A stretch of DNA of 64,000 nucleotides from a bacterium (lineage in GTDB: Bacteria > Desulfobacterota > Binatia > DP-6). Shown in pieces: positions 59,649 through 64,000 of the stretch (its first letter is position 1; the number at the start of each line of letters is the position of its first letter). The stretch spans positions 652,333 to 716,332 of the forward strand of contig JAHCID010000002.1 of assembly GCA_026129405.1 (NCBI GenBank). Reading direction: 5' to 3'. A program made the position numbers and the translations under genes. The notes under the pieces were generated by a model that saw only the letters and a list, made by a program, of their open reading frames with translations, ran no database searches and had not been told where the DNA came from.

Positions 59649-61067
59649 CTAGATGGCGATCGCCTTGCCGCCGCCCGCGGCCGACGGGCCGAGGTCGTGC
59701 GCGGGCAGCGAGAAGCGGAACGTCGCGCCCGCACCGGGTCGTGCGGTGGCCGACAGCTGCCCGCCGTGGCACTCCACGATCGAGCGGCTGATGGCGAGGC
59801 CGAGGCCCAGGCCCTGCGGCTTCGTGGTGAAGAACGGCGTGAAGATGCGCTGCTCGACGTCCGCGCCGAAGCCGTGGCCGGTGTCGCGCACCGTGACCTC
59901 GACGCCGCCGTCGCGCGCGGCCGTGGCGACGACCACCTCGCGCAGGCCGCCGCTCGTCGCGGCGGCCTGCATGCCGTTCAGCACGAGGTTCAGCATCACC
60001 TGCTCGATCTGCGTCGCGTCGGCCTGGATCGGCGGCAGCACGGCCGCGCGCTCGAGCCGCACGACGACGCCGTGCACGCGTGCCTGCGGCCCGATGAGGC
60101 GTAGGGCGTCGGCGGCGAGCGCGTTGACGTCGACGCCGTCGCTCACGGCGGTCTCGCGTTGCACGAGGTTGCGCAGGCCGCGGATGACGTCGCCGGCGCG
60201 GAGCCCCTCGCGCGCGATCTCCTCGAAGGCGGTGCGCAGCACGTGCGGGTCGACGGGACCCGCGCGCAGGCGCTGGAGGCCGCCCTGGGCATAGTTGGTG
60301 ATGACGCAGAGCGGTTGGTTGATCTCGTGGGCCAGCGCCGCGGCCATCTCCCCCACGGTGTGCAGGCGCAGCGCGTGCGCCAGCTCGGCCTGGTGATGGT
60401 GCAGGGCCGCGTGCGCCTCCTCGAGCGCGCGCGTGCGCTCGGCGACGCGTTGCTCGAGGCGCGCTGCGAGCCGGCGCACGGTGGCCTCGGCCCGCCGCCG
60501 CTCGAGCAGCTCGCGGCGCAGCTGCACGCGGTAGCGCGTCACCTCGTTGGCCGCCGCGAGCGAGAGCAGGAACGCGATGACGACTGCGGCCGCCGGATCG
60601 CGGCTCACCGAGGCGAGCGTGCCGTCGTGCAGCAGCACCGCGGTGCCGAGGACGGCCGCCGCGACCGAGACGGTGACCGCCTGCGCGGCCACGCCCCACG
60701 GAACGATCGCGCCCGTCGTCAGTGCGGCGCCGACGAACAGCAGGGTCGTCGTCTGGTAGTCGCCGCCGTGGCTGACGACGCGGTCGGTGCCGGTCAGCAG
60801 ATAGCCGACGGTGACGACGAGGATCGAGAGCCCCCAGGCGCGCCGCCGTGCCCACGGACGCCCCATCAGCACGAAGGCGAGGACGGCACAGGAGATGCCG
60901 AACAGCTTGAAGAGGAACGTCGGCAGCAGCGCCGCCCGCCACGCCAGCAGATCGAGCGCGGAGAACGTGCTCGCCCCCGCGATCGACATCACGAGCACGA
61001 GCCGGGTGCGGCGGACCAGCAGCCCCCGGCTGAGGAGGCTCGTGCGTTCGGGGCGATCGCGGGACAT
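59649..61067 (-). CDS. sensor histidine kinase (membrane-bound, HisKA + HATPase_c)
   Basis: Five to six N-terminal TM segments, H-box LAHEINQPL, N/G1/G2 boxes (LNLVLNG…, DTGHGFG…, GLGLGLAISRS). No response regulator adjacent. Confidence 0.85.
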   Translation of the reverse strand: MSRDRPERTSLLSRGLLVRRTRLVLVMSIAGASTFSALDLLAWRAALLPTFLFKLFGISCAVLAFVLMGRPWARRRAWGLSILVVTVGYLLTGTDRVVSHGGDYQTTTLLFVGAALTTGAIVPWGVAAQAVTVSVAAAVLGTAVLLHDGTLASVSRDPAAAVVIAFLLSLAAANEVTRYRVQLRRELLERRRAEATVRRLAARLEQRVAERTRALEEAHAALHHHQAELAHALRLHTVGEMAAALAHEINQPLCVITNYAQGGLQRLRAGPVDPHVLRTAFEEIAREGLRAGDVIRGLRNLVQRETAVSDGVDVNALAADALRLIGPQARVHGVVVRLERAAVLPPIQADATQIEQVMLNLVLNGMQAAATSGGLREVVVATAARDGGVEVTVRDTGHGFGADVEQRIFTPFFTTKPQGLGLGLAISRSIVECHGGQLSATARPGAGATFRFSLPAHDLGPSAAGGGKAIAI

Positions 61068-61241
61068 CGGCGCGCTCCGGGCGACCCGCTACCACGTCCC
61101 CTCCCGGGATTTGAAGCGCCGGATGGGGGGGCTCACAGGTCCGCACGGGGGCGGCGGGGCGGCGCTCGCCACGTCGGTCGCGATTCCCGGCCAAGGCCGC
61201 GAAACGACGTCGGATCGGCGCGCCGTTACGGAGGAATCTTC

Positions 61242-61270
61242 TTGACCGGCCCGGCCCGCGACGGTAGCGC
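61242..61270 (+). promoter_or_regulatory. promoter-like element TTGACC-N17-TAGCGC upstream of the β-helix gene
   Basis: Same TTGACCG…TAG architecture as the 50819 element; weak -10. Confidence 0.2.
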
Positions 61271-61356
61271 CATGACCCATGGACGATCGTCGCCGCGTCG
61301 CAAAACGGGCGGCGTGGCGGCCCGACGCGGCCCGGCGATCGTGGAGACCCGACCCG

Positions 61357-63252
61357 ATGCGACGACCTTCGACCCTGGCTCTTCTCTCGTGCACCGCCGC
61401 GCTCGCGGCGCTCGCGCCGCGGCCCGCTGCCGCCGTCGATCCCGGCTCACAGCTCGTCACCTGCGATCGCGCCAATCAGGTCGTCACGCTGACGGCGACG
61501 TCGCACCTCGACCCGTCGTGCACCTGGACCCGCGGCGTCGAGATCGTGGCGTCCAACGTCACGCTCGACTGCCAGGGCGCGCACATCGCGGCGCCGGACC
61601 GGCGCTACGGGGTCTACATCCACGCGCCGGTCGACACGCCGCTCACCGACATCACCGTGCGCAACTGTCACGTCGAGGGCTTCCTCAACAACTATCACAT
61701 CGAGCGCGAAGGCTTCCGCGAGCTCGCCGCGGGCGTCGAGTACGAGAACGGCTTCTCGAACATCACCATCGAGGACGGGACGAGCAAGAACTCGCGCGGC
61801 GTCGGCATCTTCGTGAACGGCTACGTCGAGGGCGTCACGCTGCGGAACCTCCGCGTCGAGGGCGCCAGCAGCAGCGGCATCTACCTCGAGGCGGGCTCGA
61901 AGAACGGCGTCGTCGAGAACAACCTCATCATCGACAACGGCTACGGCGAGAACGGCCCGGCGGGCGGCGTCCGCACCCTCGCCGGGATCGACTTCTGGTA
62001 CTGGGGCACCGGGCGCGAGGGGCTGTCGATCGACGGCTCGCGCTTCAACGTCGTGCGCAACAACGTCTTCCAGACGAACACCGCGGGCGGCATCTACCTC
62101 TACAAGAACTGCGGCGAGTACTGGAGCTCGCGGCCGCAGCGCTGGTACCACCGCCGCTACGGCGCCGACGGCAACGTCATCGAGAACAACACCTTCGTCG
62201 GCGAGGACAACGGCATCTGGGTCGGCTCGCGCATGAGCGAGAACATCTTCCCGATGGAGTGCAGCGATCCGCAGTACGCCCCCGGCTACGCGCTCGACTA
62301 TGCCGACGACAACGTCATCCGGAACAACCGGTTCGAGGACGTGACCTTCGGCATCCGTGTCGAGGACGACGGCACCGAGATCACCGGCAACACCTTCACC
62401 AGCAGCGATCCCATCGACGAGGCGATCGTGGTCGGCACCCAGCACCGCACGCTCCACCTGGGGCAGCCGGTCGCCGGCACGGTCATCGCGGACAACGTCG
62501 CGAACATCACCGGCAGCCCGAATCCCTATCGCTTCATCTGGGGCCACACGAACACCACGTTCGCGAACAACGAGAGCCTCGGGAAGGTCGTGAGCCTGTG
62601 CGAGGGCGTGCAGCCGCCGCGCGGGCCGTTCGTGATGACGGTCGACGTGATCCTGCTGCCGAACCCGCCCCCGGTCGAGATCAAGGAGCTGCCGCCGCCG
62701 GGGTTGCTGCCGCCCTGTCGGACGAGCTGCGAGACCGGCTCCGCGCTGGCCAGGGCGAACCTCGTCCTGAAGAAGCTCGATACGCCGGCGGCGGACGACG
62801 GGCTCATCTTCAAGGGCGACGTCGTGGTGCCGCATCCCTTCACGCCGGCGCTCGATCCGGCGACCTCGGGGGCGGTCGTCGTGATCGCCGACTCGACCGG
62901 GGTGCGCGCCCTCGACGCCACCATCCCGGGCGGCGCGTACGATCCCGTGACGAAGGTGGGCTGGAAGGCCGCGAAGAACGGCCTCGCCTGGAAGTACACC
63001 GCGAAGGTGCCGCCGGTCGGCGGCATCACGGTGCTGTCGATCAAGGATCTCTCGAAGAAGACGCCCGGCCTCGTGCAGATCAAGGTGACCGGCAAGAACG
63101 GCGCATACGCGGTGAACACCGCGAACCTGCCGCTCACCGGCGTCGTGATCCTCGACCCGCCCACCGGGGCGACGGGCCAGTGCGGCACGGCGTCGTTCGA
63201 CGCGCCCCTGCAGGGCTGCCGGACCGACGGCAAGACGGTGAAGTGCAAGTGA
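61357..63252 (+). CDS. secreted right-handed parallel β-helix repeat protein (pectate-lyase-fold) with a C-terminal β-rich domain
   Basis: Signal peptide MRRPSTLALLSCTAALAALAPRPAAA; repeated …NN.I..N… / …GI(Y/F)L… coils (VENNLIIDNG, VRNNVFQTN, IENNTFVGEDNGIW, IRNNRFEDVTFGI). Confidence 0.7.
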   Translation: MRRPSTLALLSCTAALAALAPRPAAAVDPGSQLVTCDRANQVVTLTATSHLDPSCTWTRGVEIVASNVTLDCQGAHIAAPDRRYGVYIHAPVDTPLTDITVRNCHVEGFLNNYHIEREGFRELAAGVEYENGFSNITIEDGTSKNSRGVGIFVNGYVEGVTLRNLRVEGASSSGIYLEAGSKNGVVENNLIIDNGYGENGPAGGVRTLAGIDFWYWGTGREGLSIDGSRFNVVRNNVFQTNTAGGIYLYKNCGEYWSSRPQRWYHRRYGADGNVIENNTFVGEDNGIWVGSRMSENIFPMECSDPQYAPGYALDYADDNVIRNNRFEDVTFGIRVEDDGTEITGNTFTSSDPIDEAIVVGTQHRTLHLGQPVAGTVIADNVANITGSPNPYRFIWGHTNTTFANNESLGKVVSLCEGVQPPRGPFVMTVDVILLPNPPPVEIKELPPPGLLPPCRTSCETGSALARANLVLKKLDTPAADDGLIFKGDVVVPHPFTPALDPATSGAVVVIADSTGVRALDATIPGGAYDPVTKVGWKAAKNGLAWKYTAKVPPVGGITVLSIKDLSKKTPGLVQIKVTGKNGAYAVNTANLPLTGVVILDPPTGATGQCGTASFDAPLQGCRTDGKTVKCK

Positions 63253-63311
63253 CGCCCCTGCGTCCGTAGCGTGAGGTCCGGCGCCGGCATCCAATGGCCG
63301 GCGTCTCCCCC

Positions 63312-64000
<689 letters not shown>

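Noticed and set aside
61272-61357. Possible leaderless, N-terminally extended start (ATG 61279, MDDRRRVAKRAAW…) for the β-helix protein
   Set aside because: The 26-aa extension is highly charged and would bury the signal peptide. ATG 61357 gives a canonical signal sequence.

Overview
High-GC (~70%) bacterial chromosomal window. It opens inside a CRISPR array: 30 copies of a 37-nt repeat GTTGCCGAGTCATCCCCGACGAGGAGGGGACTGAAAC with 29 spacers of 34-39 nt, continuing past the left edge and ending in a degenerate terminal repeat near position 2205. No cas genes occur in the remaining ~62 kb, so the leader and cas locus presumably lie upstream of the window. The rest is ordinary but gene-dense chromosome with about 50 CDS supported by protein-family motifs, plus several decay signatures (a tandem duplication, a truncated-gene junction and a frameshift). 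No transposase, integrase, tRNA or rRNA was recognised. The six-frame track is dominated by long Arg/Ala/Pro-rich ORFs antisense or out of frame to real genes, typical of 70% GC DNA, so gene calls rest on protein-family motifs rather than ORF length. All family assignments are from reading the translated sequences; no database searches were possible.
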